Below, piece by piece: positions 1 through 7,874 of a DNA stretch of 20,213 nucleotides (within the stretch, counting starts at the first letter, position 1; every line of letters begins with the position of its first letter). The DNA lies in assembly GCA_964014485.1 (NCBI GenBank), contig CAXHAT010000149.1:1-20213 (forward strand). The letters run 5' to 3'. The notes beneath the pieces were generated by a model. It saw nothing but the letters and a program-made list of their open reading frames with translations, did not search any database and was not told the origin of the DNA. Origin of the DNA: an uncultured Deferribacteres bacterium. Its GTDB lineage: Bacteria > Zhuqueibacterota > Zhuqueibacteria > Zhuqueibacterales > Geothermadaptataceae. Position numbers and translations under genes: made by a program.

Positions 1-879
1 GTTTCGCTCGGTCAGCTCATCAGCCAGCGGCTCCAAACGAATTTCAAGCTTCTGCGAGCCGATTTCTTCGGTCAAAAATTCGAACTCCACTTTTTCTTCG
101 GCGAGGTCTTGCGGGAGAGCGACGTTCTTCGAAATAACAGAACGCCCATCATGATAAAGCGATATTTTGGCATTCCGCCCACCCATCCCGTTGCTGCGAA
201 CGATCGCCGTCAGGGGAGTTTTTACGCCAGCGTACGCCACTTCATTGGCCAAAACGTCTTCCACCCATGCGTCTCGCTCAGGCGTTTCATCTCCGAGCAG
301 GACTGTGTGGATTTGCGCTGGAAATTGTTCCGCTTCCAATGTCGGATCAACGCCGACATTGTTGACGCCATCGGAAAAGATCAGGGCGGCGGCAAAATTA
401 CGATCCGCAAAATCTTCGCGCAGTTTGTTGAGCGCTTGATTAAAATCCGTGCCGTCGCCTTTAAACTGGAGAGAGTCTAATTTTCGTGGAGAAATCGATT
501 CCGTTCGCGAGGAAAAACGATAGGACTGCACGGCGAAGCGGTCGGAGAGTTCTTTGAGCCAGGGCTGTTTGAGCAAATTTCGCACTTCTTCGCTGCGAGC
601 ATCGCCTTTGTTTTTGAGCTGCATGCTTGAGGAAGCGTCGAGCAGAAGCGCAACAACCGGTTTTTCGGTTTTGATGCGAGACAAGCCAAGAATCGGTTCG
701 AAAATCAGAAAAAGAATCAAGCAGATCGCGGCTGCTCGCAGCGTCGTGAGCACGGTTCGTAGAGAAACATCGACCGGCGGATTGGTGTTTTTATAAACGC
801 GCCGCCCCAGCCAAACGAGTGCGGCGCAGCCAAGCAAAAGCAGCCAGCCGTTGTAGGCGTAATCGAGATTCAGGTTCAT
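1..879 (-). CDS. Membrane-anchored von Willebrand factor A (VWA) domain protein, 3'-partial (runs off the window start)
   Basis: Manual translation from ATG at 879 is open to position 1 (MNLNLDYAYNGWLLLLGCAALVWLGRRVYK...). It has two hydrophobic N-terminal segments, then MIDAS motif VALLLDASSSM (DxSxS), GDGTDF (Thr) and LIFSDG (Asp). Absent from the ORF track because no stop codon lies in the window. Confidence 0.85.
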   Translation of the reverse strand, partial: MNLNLDYAYNGWLLLLGCAALVWLGRRVYKNTNPPVDVSLRTVLTTLRAAAICLILFLIFEPILGLSRIKTEKPVVALLLDASSSMQLKNKGDARSEEVRNLLKQPWLKELSDRFAVQSYRFSSRTESISPRKLDSLQFKGDGTDFNQALNKLREDFADRNFAAALIFSDGVNNVGVDPTLEAEQFPAQIHTVLLGDETPERDAWVEDVLANEVAYAGVKTPLTAIVRSNGMGGRNAKISLYHDGRSVISKNVALPQDLAEEKVEFEFLTEEIGSQKLEIRLEPLADELTERN

Positions 880-894
880 AAAGTCATGAAGCAG

Positions 895-1896
895 CTAAAA
901 TGATAAGCCAAGGTTCGGAACCGCAGGCGTGGTCAAATCCGAAAACGTATTTTTTTGGAAAATTTGGGCGGCGACCTGAGCGATCATCGCAGCGTTATCC
1001 CCGCAATACTCGCCTCGCGGCGCAAAGAAACGGCAGCCTCTTTCTTCTACATGTTTTTGAATATAATTACGCAAAGTTTTGTTTTGCGCCACGCCCCCGA
1101 CGACTGTGACATCCTTCAGTCCGCTCGCTTCAATCGCCTTCAAAACGTTTTTGTTTAACGCGCGAATAACCGCCGCCTGAAACGCGGCGGCAATGTCGGC
1201 GCGATGCTTTTCTTTTTCATCTTCACTGAGAGCATTGAATTTGTAAAGCACGGCGGTTTTTAATCCGGAAAAGCTGAAGTCAAGCGGGGCGTTTTTAAGC
1301 CTGGCGACAGGGAAAGTGCAAAAATTTTGATTTCCTTCGGCGGCAAGCTTTTCCACAGCCGGGCCGCCGGGATAAGGCAGGCCAAGTATTTTGGCAACTT
1401 TGTCGAACGCTTCCCCCGCCGCATCGTCTTGCGTTTGCCCAAGAATTTGATAGTCCCTCACGTCGTTCACGCGTACGAGCATCGTGTGTCCGCCGGAAAC
1501 GACGAGGCTGAGAAAAGGCGGCTTCAATTCCGGGTATTCAATACACGCGGAAAAAAGATGGCCTTCAAGATGGTTGACGCCCAAGAACGGCAAATTTCGC
1601 ATGAGCGCAAGCCCCTTCACAAAGGTCAGTCCGACCAGCAATGAACCCATCAACCCCGGGCCGCGCGTTGCCGCAAGAAATTCAACGTCTTCCAATTTCG
1701 TCTCGGCTTTTTGAAGCGCGTCTTCGACCACAGAGGTTATTTTCACAATGTGCGCGCGGCTCGCAAGTTCCGGGACTACGCCGCCATACTTGAGATGGAC
1801 GCTTTGTGAAGCAATGATATTTGAAGCGATGCGTCCGTTTTTGAGCACCGCGGCGGAGGTTTCATCGCACGAGCTTTCGACCGCTAGCAAGATCAT
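895..1896 (-). CDS. tsaD: tRNA N6-adenosine threonylcarbamoyltransferase
   Basis: ESSCDETS, GGVVPELASRAH, NHLEGH, SGGHT, DDAAGEAFDK, FSFSGLKT and DNAAMIA motifs of the Kae1/TsaD family. Confidence 0.97.
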   Translation of the reverse strand: MILLAVESSCDETSAAVLKNGRIASNIIASQSVHLKYGGVVPELASRAHIVKITSVVEDALQKAETKLEDVEFLAATRGPGLMGSLLVGLTFVKGLALMRNLPFLGVNHLEGHLFSACIEYPELKPPFLSLVVSGGHTMLVRVNDVRDYQILGQTQDDAAGEAFDKVAKILGLPYPGGPAVEKLAAEGNQNFCTFPVARLKNAPLDFSFSGLKTAVLYKFNALSEDEKEKHRADIAAAFQAAVIRALNKNVLKAIEASGLKDVTVVGGVAQNKTLRNYIQKHVEERGCRFFAPRGEYCGDNAAMIAQVAAQIFQKNTFSDLTTPAVPNLGLSF

Positions 1897-2837
1897 GTTC
1901 TTCCCTTCCGTTCTACTTTGAGCTTAATTTTGGCCGGCACGACTCTCTTGACCTGAACTCCGGCGGGACATTTAACAATTGGAATATAACCGTCGAGGGA
2001 TTCTCGGTTACGATCTTTATAATCAATAATGACTTCAAAATCTTCGCGATCCAGCCCCATGAGCAAGCGTTCGCCGCCGACAACTGTAAGCCGTGCGGAG
2101 GACGTTCGCGGCGTCGCTTCCAGATTCTTCGGCACATTGGTGACTTGAACGGGAGCGCCGGCTATCTCCGTCTCCAGCAGCTTCTGCACATCCGCAAAAA
2201 ATTCCAGATTAACGGCGGGAATGTCGATGTTCAAAGAATCGGGGATTGGTTTGAGCGCCGTTTTGCCGTTGAAGCTGAATTTCTTATCCGCGAAAATTTG
2301 GTTTATTGTGAAAAGTCGGTCAATCTTTTCTACTGAAGAGAGCGGCCCAATGATTGTTACCGAGTCGGGCTCTAGCTTGACGCCGCCAACGAGCGTAAAC
2401 CCAGGTTGCGTCGAAACCTTGATCTCAGGCTGAATCGGTATTAGTTTCTCGGCTAACGGCGCCAGCCGCACGGTCAAAGAATCGGGGTAAAGAACGTAGT
2501 AATTTTGTGCGGGTTGGTTGGAGCGGGAAATTCGCAACGGGCTTTCCTTGAGGGAAATGATTTGTTCTTCGTGAACTCCGCTCAAGTCAACTTCGATCAG
2601 CGCCTCATCGCTGAAACGCAGTGCGAGCAAATTTTTTCCCTGGTCTTCGAGCCGGACTTTTGCAAATTGAGGGATTGTATTCGCGATAACTTTTGATTCA
2701 GGGATGTTAACCGGCGCAATCCGGACGTCTAAATCGTAAACGAAATTATTTTCGAGAACAATGGTAAACCAGAACAGGGTCGCTACGAAGAAAGCCGCGA
2801 TTTTAATACGAAAATTTTTAATGAGACCCAATTGCAT
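1893..2837 (-). CDS. CdaR/YbbR-like protein (N-terminal membrane anchor plus YbbR repeats)
   Basis: N-terminal NFRIKIAAFFVATLFW anchor and repeated units such as LEPDSVTIIGP and YPDSLTVRL, typical of YbbR domains. Overlaps tsaD by 4 nt (ATGA). Confidence 0.75.
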   Translation of the reverse strand: MQLGLIKNFRIKIAAFFVATLFWFTIVLENNFVYDLDVRIAPVNIPESKVIANTIPQFAKVRLEDQGKNLLALRFSDEALIEVDLSGVHEEQIISLKESPLRISRSNQPAQNYYVLYPDSLTVRLAPLAEKLIPIQPEIKVSTQPGFTLVGGVKLEPDSVTIIGPLSSVEKIDRLFTINQIFADKKFSFNGKTALKPIPDSLNIDIPAVNLEFFADVQKLLETEIAGAPVQVTNVPKNLEATPRTSSARLTVVGGERLLMGLDREDFEVIIDYKDRNRESLDGYIPIVKCPAGVQVKRVVPAKIKLKVERKGRT

Positions 2838-2868
2838 TTCCGAACGCCCGCGCTCTTTGATTTATACG

Positions 2869-2904
2869 TAAAAGGGTAAAAGAATCGATTCTTTTACCCT
2901 TTTA
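2869..2904. terminator. Perfect 36-bp palindrome, probable intrinsic terminator or processing hairpin after rplI
   Basis: TAAAAGGGTAAAAGAATC|GATTCTTTTACCCTTTTA is exactly self-complementary and ends in T-runs on both strands; it lies 36 nt downstream of the rplI stop. Confidence 0.6.
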
Positions 2905-2940
2905 AAGACCTGTCAAAAGGCTGGAGATGTTTAAACCAAA

Positions 2941-3384
2941 TTATTGTTTTACAACCCAGACTTTTATTTGCGCTTCCACTTCCGGGTGTATTTTTATGGG
3001 GACTTCATAGATGCCAAGCGCTTTGAGCGGCTCTTCAAGAACGATTTTGCGGCGGTCAACATCAAACCCTTTTTCCTTGAGAAGTTCGGCAATATGCTGA
3101 GTCGTCACGGAACCAAAAACGCGATCTTCTTCGCCAACCTGAACTTCAGCCGTCACGGAAATCGCGTCCAGTTTTCCCTTCAGCGTTTCAGCTTCTCCTT
3201 TGGCTCTATACGCGGCGGCTTCCAATTGTTTGCGTTCTTGCTCGAGAACTTTCATGTTTTGCGGCGTTGCCGCCATCGCGACGCCCGTAGGGATCAGGAA
3301 ATTGTATGCGAATCCGTTTTTCACATTAACAATGTCGCCCACGTCTCCCAGCTTCTCGTGTTTTTGCCTTAAGATAACTTTCAT
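2941..3384 (-). CDS. rplI: 50S ribosomal protein L9
   Basis: MKVILRQKHEKLGDVGDIVNVKNGFAYNFLIP and FGSVT motifs; 147 aa. Confidence 0.98.
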   Translation of the reverse strand: MKVILRQKHEKLGDVGDIVNVKNGFAYNFLIPTGVAMAATPQNMKVLEQERKQLEAAAYRAKGEAETLKGKLDAISVTAEVQVGEEDRVFGSVTTQHIAELLKEKGFDVDRRKIVLEEPLKALGIYEVPIKIHPEVEAQIKVWVVKQ

Positions 3385-3406
3385 TTCTATTCCCTTTTTT
3401 ACGATT

Positions 3407-3628
3407 TTATCTCGTCATTTCAGAAACATACGGCAGCAACGTGAGATGGCGAGCGCGCTTGATAGCGCTGGAAAGCATACGCTGATGCTTTGCACAAACG
3501 CCACTGGTACGGCGCGGAATAATTTTGCCTTGATCCGTCGTGTAGCGAACCAATGTTTTTTCATCTTTATAATCTATGTAGGGCACGCCGTCTTCACAAA
3601 AGCGGCATACGCGTCTTTTTCTCATCAT
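3407..3628 (-). CDS. rpsR: 30S ribosomal protein S18 (Cys-containing, zinc-binding type)
   Basis: CRFC...IDYKD...[17 protein letters not shown]...AIKRAR; SD AAAGGAGG at 3637-3644. Confidence 0.97.
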   Translation of the reverse strand: MMRKRRVCRFCEDGVPYIDYKDEKTLVRYTTDQGKIIPRRTSGVCAKHQRMLSSAIKRARHLTLLPYVSEMTR

Positions 3629-3678
3629 GATAACATCCTCCTTTCAGATGTCGAAAATATGGATATTTGAGCCGAAGC

Positions 3679-4194
3679 TTATTCTTTCGTCTCTTTTTCT
3701 TCTTCACTTGCGTCATCATCCTGGCTTTCTTCAGAAGACTCGCTTTCCGCGTCTTCGTTTTCGTCCGCGGCGCCTTCATCAGAGGCCTCGGCTTCTTTTG
3801 CAGCTTCCTTTTCAGCCTGCGCCGCTTTTTCAGCCGCTTCCCGAGCGTCGTTTTCAGCTTGCTCCCGCTCTTCCTGACGACGCTGCATTTCTTCGAGTTT
3901 GAGTGCACGCTTATCAACGGCCAGCGTCAAAAAGCGGAGGACGTTTTCATTCAAACGGTATTCTCTTTCGAGCAAAATGATAATTTGCCCGGGGCCGTTA
4001 AAGCGAATAAAAACATAATAGCCGTACTGGCGTTTGTTCACCTCGTAAGCAAGGCGTTTTTTTCCCCAATCATTTACTTCAACGATTTCACCGCCATGAT
4101 TGGTGATGAAGTTGGAGAATTTGTTCACTAAGTCTTCAATCTCGTCATTTTTCAACTGACTGTCGATGACGATCGCGGTTTCGTAGAGTCTCAA
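3679..4194 (-). CDS. rpsF: 30S ribosomal protein S6 with long acidic C-terminal extension
   Basis: YETAIVID and [10 protein letters not shown] motifs. Start reassigned to TTG at 4194, which follows SD AAGGAG (4202-4207); the track start at 4305 overlaps hppA. Confidence 0.95.
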   Translation of the reverse strand: MRLYETAIVIDSQLKNDEIEDLVNKFSNFITNHGGEIVEVNDWGKKRLAYEVNKRQYGYYVFIRFNGPGQIIILLEREYRLNENVLRFLTLAVDKRALKLEEMQRRQEEREQAENDAREAAEKAAQAEKEAAKEAEASDEGAADENEDAESESSEESQDDDASEEEKETKE

Positions 4195-4223
4195 GTTTGT
4201 ACTCCTTAACTGTGAATTTACAG

Positions 4224-4268
4224 AAAAATACGCACCCGCGAGCCTTAGCCGGCGTTTCGCGGATGCGT
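4224..4268 (-). terminator. GC-rich hairpin plus U-tract after hppA (terminator-like; alternatively an rpsF leader structure)
   Basis: Minus strand: ACGCATCCGCGA-15 nt-TCGCGGGTGCGT (12 bp, one G-U pair) followed by ATTTTT. Confidence 0.55.
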
Positions 4269-4276
4269 GATTGGTT

Positions 4277-6466
4277 TTACAACATTGGCGCGATGACCAA
4301 AGCAATGACGGTCATCAACTTGATCAAAATATTCAGCGACGGGCCCGAAGTGTCCTTGAAAGGATCACCGACAGTGTCGCCGACAACGGCGGCTTTGTGC
4401 GGTTCCGACCCTTTGCCATACTTCGTTCCTTTAATATCAATTCCTTCTTCGATCATTTTTTTGGCGTTATCCCAGGCGCCGCCGGCGTTCGATTGAAAAA
4501 TTGCCATCAAAACACCGGAGACCGTCACGCCCGCCAAGAGGCCGCCTAGCATTTCAGAACCGCCGGCGAACCCGATCACCACAGGCACAGAAACCGCGAG
4601 CAAGCCGGGAACAACCATTTCCTTGATCGCCGACTGCGTCGAGATTGCAACGCATTTGCCGTATTCGGCTTTGCCGTCCGCATTGTTGAACGTCTCTTGA
4701 TCTTCCTGGCTCCAATCGGCCATTTCTTTGCCTTCGTTCTTTTTCATTACGTTGAGGGCGGCTCCCAATTCCGGGATATTAGCGAATTGCCGGCGAACTT
4801 CTTCAATCATCGCCATGGCCGCACGCCCAACGGCTTGCATTGAAAGCGCTGAAAAAAGGAACGGCATCATGCCTCCAAGAAACAATCCAGCCATGACCGT
4901 TGCTTTCGAGATGTCAATCGTTCTGATGTTCGCCGAAGTCATGAACGCGCCAAAAAGCGCCAGCGCCGTAAGCGCAGCAGAACCGATGGCGAAGCCTTTG
5001 CCAATCGCCGCAGTCGTGTTGCCGACCGCATCGAGCTTGTCTGTTCTCTGGCGAACTTCCGGGGGTAGTTCTGACATCTCCGCGATACCGCCGGCGTTGT
5101 CTGAAATTGGCCCGTATGCGTCAACCGCAAGCTGAATACCTGTGTTCGACAACATGCCAACCGCCGCGATGGCGATGCCATAGAGCCCGGCGAAATAGAA
5201 TGCCGCCATGATTGAAAAAGCGATGATGATAATCGGAATTGCGGTCGAACGCATCCCAACGCCGAGACCAGCAATGATATTCGTAGCCGAGCCCGTCAAA
5301 GATTGATTGGCGATTTCGACAACCGGTTTTTTGCCGGTTCCGGTGTAATATTCAGTTATCACGCCAATCAAAACGCCGGCGACTAAGCCGACGACGGTAG
5401 CGAGAAAAACGTTGGTCGCCGAATAGCTTTTTGCAACGCCAAACAACGGATCGTCGAAAACCCAGCTCGCTGGAAGCATCCATTGGATAATAAACCAGGA
5501 AAATACAATCATCAGCGCCGACGAACCAAACTCGCCAATATTCAGCGCCTTTTGCGGATTACCGCCTTCACGAACTTTCACAAAGAAAGTGCCGATAATA
5601 GACATGAAAATGCCAACTCCCGCCAATGCCAATGGCAAAACAACCGCCGACAAACCATTAAAAGAGTCAACATATCCGCTCGCGCCCATAAAAGCAGCGC
5701 CTAAAACCATCGTGCCAATGATCGAGCCAACGTAAGATTCGAAAAGGTCTGCGCCCATACCTGCCACGTCGCCAACATTATCGCCAACGTTGTCCGCAAT
5801 AGTCGCAGGGTTCAACGGGTGATCTTCGGGAATACCCGCTTCGACTTTGCCTACCAAATCAGCGCCAACATCCGCTGCTTTGGTATAAATTCCACCGCCT
5901 ACACGTGCAAAGAGAGCGATTGATGAGGCGCCAAATGAAAAGCCGGTGATAACCGTGATCACTTTCCTAACGTTGTCAGCGCTTTCAAGCGTAAAAACGT
6001 TGCTGTAAAGAATAAACAAAACGCTCAAACCAACAACGCCCAGACCGACAACGCCGAGACCCATGACGGAGCCGCCGGCAAATGCAATGTTCAGCCCTTC
6101 GCCCAAGCCGCTTCGTGCAGCGTTCGTCGTGCGTACATTTGCTTTGGTCGCCACTTTCATCCCAATAAAACCGGCAGACGCTGAACATAGAGCGCCGACA
6201 ATGAACGACAAAGCAACCATTGGGTGAGACACGTTCGGGTCAGCGCTAAAAAAGAGCAGCACCGCGACCGCGATAACAAAAATTGACAGGACACGGTATT
6301 CCGCTTTCAGAAACGCCATTGCGCCTTCGGCAATGTGCTCCGAAATCTTTTTCATCTTATCCGTGCCAACATCCTGCTTTGCAACCCAGGATGATTTCCA
6401 GAAGGTGTAGAGCAACGCGAGAATTCCCGCTCCCAAGGTCAAATTTACCAGCATGCTGATCGTCAA
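4277..6466 (-). CDS. hppA: Membrane-integral pyrophosphatase, K+-dependent, probably Na+-translocating
   Basis: [20 protein letters not shown] and [14 protein letters not shown] signatures. [10 protein letters not shown] has Ala (K+-dependent) rather than Lys. DLFESY places Glu as in Na+-PPases. TTG start follows SD GAGGAGG. Confidence 0.95.
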   Translation of the reverse strand: MTISMLVNLTLGAGILALLYTFWKSSWVAKQDVGTDKMKKISEHIAEGAMAFLKAEYRVLSIFVIAVAVLLFFSADPNVSHPMVALSFIVGALCSASAGFIGMKVATKANVRTTNAARSGLGEGLNIAFAGGSVMGLGVVGLGVVGLSVLFILYSNVFTLESADNVRKVITVITGFSFGASSIALFARVGGGIYTKAADVGADLVGKVEAGIPEDHPLNPATIADNVGDNVGDVAGMGADLFESYVGSIIGTMVLGAAFMGASGYVDSFNGLSAVVLPLALAGVGIFMSIIGTFFVKVREGGNPQKALNIGEFGSSALMIVFSWFIIQWMLPASWVFDDPLFGVAKSYSATNVFLATVVGLVAGVLIGVITEYYTGTGKKPVVEIANQSLTGSATNIIAGLGVGMRSTAIPIIIIAFSIMAAFYFAGLYGIAIAAVGMLSNTGIQLAVDAYGPISDNAGGIAEMSELPPEVRQRTDKLDAVGNTTAAIGKGFAIGSAALTALALFGAFMTSANIRTIDISKATVMAGLFLGGMMPFLFSALSMQAVGRAAMAMIEEVRRQFANIPELGAALNVMKKNEGKEMADWSQEDQETFNNADGKAEYGKCVAISTQSAIKEMVVPGLLAVSVPVVIGFAGGSEMLGGLLAGVTVSGVLMAIFQSNAGGAWDNAKKMIEEGIDIKGTKYGKGSEPHKAAVVGDTVGDPFKDTSGPSLNILIKLMTVIALVIAPML

Positions 6467-6484
6467 ATCGGAACCTCCTCAAGT

Positions 6485-7048
6485 TTACCTGTTGTACTGA
6501 TTCATTGTATTTGTTATGCCGTGAATTACATAATTTGAAATTGCCTTTCCCGCAGTCTCAAGTAATTCCGGCAAAGTTTTTTCTTCCGTTTCGTCGAAGT
6601 CGGAAAGAACAAAGTCGATGATAGCTTCGGGCATTGGTTCTTGTCCGATTCCAAGCTTCATGCGCGGGATATTCTGCGTTCCCGTCTCGCTGATAATTGA
6701 AGCCATTCCATTATGTCCGCCGTCGCTTCCTTTGCCGCGAATTCGCAACCGCCCGAAAGAAAGCTGAAAATCATCGTAGACGATGAGAAGCTGTTCCGGC
6801 GCCAGGTCGAATTGCTCCATCGCCTGAATAACGGCAACGCCGCTCAGGTTCATGAAAGTCAGCGGTTTTACTAAAATTACTGGGCTTTCTTGAATTTTCA
6901 AATCAGCGAAAAGAAAACAGTTCTCGCCTGCTGACTGGAATTCAACGCGCCTTTGCTCGGCAATCGAATCCAACGTCATAAATCCAATATTATGACGCGT
7001 TTGTGCATATCGCGGACCAGGATTGCCAAGTCCTATAACACAAACCAT
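6485..7048 (-). CDS. pth: Peptidyl-tRNA hydrolase
   Basis: GLGNPG, TRHNIGF, KPLTFMNLSG and GGHNG motifs. Confidence 0.97.
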   Translation of the reverse strand: MVCVIGLGNPGPRYAQTRHNIGFMTLDSIAEQRRVEFQSAGENCFLFADLKIQESPVILVKPLTFMNLSGVAVIQAMEQFDLAPEQLLIVYDDFQLSFGRLRIRGKGSDGGHNGMASIISETGTQNIPRMKLGIGQEPMPEAIIDFVLSDFDETEEKTLPELLETAGKAISNYVIHGITNTMNQYNR

Positions 7049-7088
7049 TTTAAAATTTCAGCTTTAAGCCTGGGAATAAGAATCAGGA

Positions 7089-7192
7089 TGGCGCCCGGCC
7101 TGGAAAACAGTCGTCAGTGAACACTGTTTGCGCAACCTGTGCTTCCTCAAGATTCATCTTAAAGAGCCAGGTTGCGCACCGGAGTGGGGCAC
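7089..7192 (-). ncRNA. Candidate structured RNA (three-way junction) in the rplY-pth spacer; family not recognised
   Basis: Helices 7129-7139/7168-7178 (11 bp perfect, extended further by G-U pairs on the minus strand), 7105-7111/7123-7129 (7 bp) and a closing GUGCCC/GGGCGC helix. Confidence 0.35.
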
Positions 7193-7223
7193 ACAAATCG
7201 TCTATTGAAAACTTATAGAAATA

Positions 7224-7853
7224 CTAACTTTCTTCCGTCTCTTCAGTTGCTTCGGCGGCGCCTTCTTCACCTTCAGCCGCTTCAACTTCATCTTCTTCAA
7301 CCTCGAGCCTCGGCGGCAAGACCGAAACAATCACTGAATCGCCGTCTGTCAGAAAAGTCACTTTGTCCGAGGTCAGGTCAGATACTTTGAGAGAATCATT
7401 GATGTTCAATTCGGTAACGTCAACATCGACGGCTTCTGGAATATCGCCTGGGAGACACTCGATCGCAACGTTCCTAAGGGTAAACTGCAGAACGCCGCCG
7501 CCGTCCTTAACGCCGACCGCCGTCCCCGTAACATGGACGGGAACTTCAACTTGAACTACTTTTTTAAGATCGACTCCCATGAAATCGACATGCATGACTG
7601 CATTCGTCACGGGATGAAATTGAATATCTCTGATGATCGTCGGCACGACTTTTCCATCGCCCACGTCGATATTAAAAATATTCGCATCGCCATGGAAGGC
7701 TTCGCCAAAAACTTTAGCGTCAACGGAAAGACGAGACGTCTCTTTCCCTTGAAAATAGTATACGGCGGGAAGCCTGCCTTCACGCCTAAGCTGTTTGCTT
7801 ATCTTTTTTCCATGCTCCTCTCGCGGCGCGACCTGAAGCGTATATTCACTCAT
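7224..7853 (-). CDS. rplY: 50S ribosomal protein L25 / general stress protein Ctc (long form)
   Basis: LRREGRLPAVYY, QFHPVT, HVDF and GVKDGGGVL motifs; acidic tail. Confidence 0.96.
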   Translation of the reverse strand: MSEYTLQVAPREEHGKKISKQLRREGRLPAVYYFQGKETSRLSVDAKVFGEAFHGDANIFNIDVGDGKVVPTIIRDIQFHPVTNAVMHVDFMGVDLKKVVQVEVPVHVTGTAVGVKDGGGVLQFTLRNVAIECLPGDIPEAVDVDVTELNINDSLKVSDLTSDKVTFLTDGDSVIVSVLPPRLEVEEDEVEAAEGEEGAAEATEETEES

Positions 7854-7874
7854 TACTTCACCAAAATTAGATAA

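Noticed and set aside
877..897. tsaD TAG stop is in frame with the VWA gene, five codons before its ATG (possible read-through fusion)
   Set aside because: Being in frame has a one-in-three chance, TsaD is full length, and there is no sign of recoding machinery or signals.
3629..3678. No ssb/priB between rpsF and rpsR
   Set aside because: rpsF-rpsR-rplI without ssb is a common arrangement in several phyla.
4195..4305. N-terminal extension of S6 in the ORF track
   Set aside because: It overlaps hppA and a hairpin; a TTG with a good SD at 4194 gives the canonical S6 start.
7089..7104. Possible tRNA gene or att-site remnant ending in GCCA
   Set aside because: There is no T-loop (TTCGA), D-arm or anticodon arm, and no match to the tRNA-Gln 3' end.
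7100..7120. CUGACGA (hammerhead-like CUGANGA core) on the minus strand
   Set aside because: The following stem is not followed by GAAA, and no stem I/III topology can be built.
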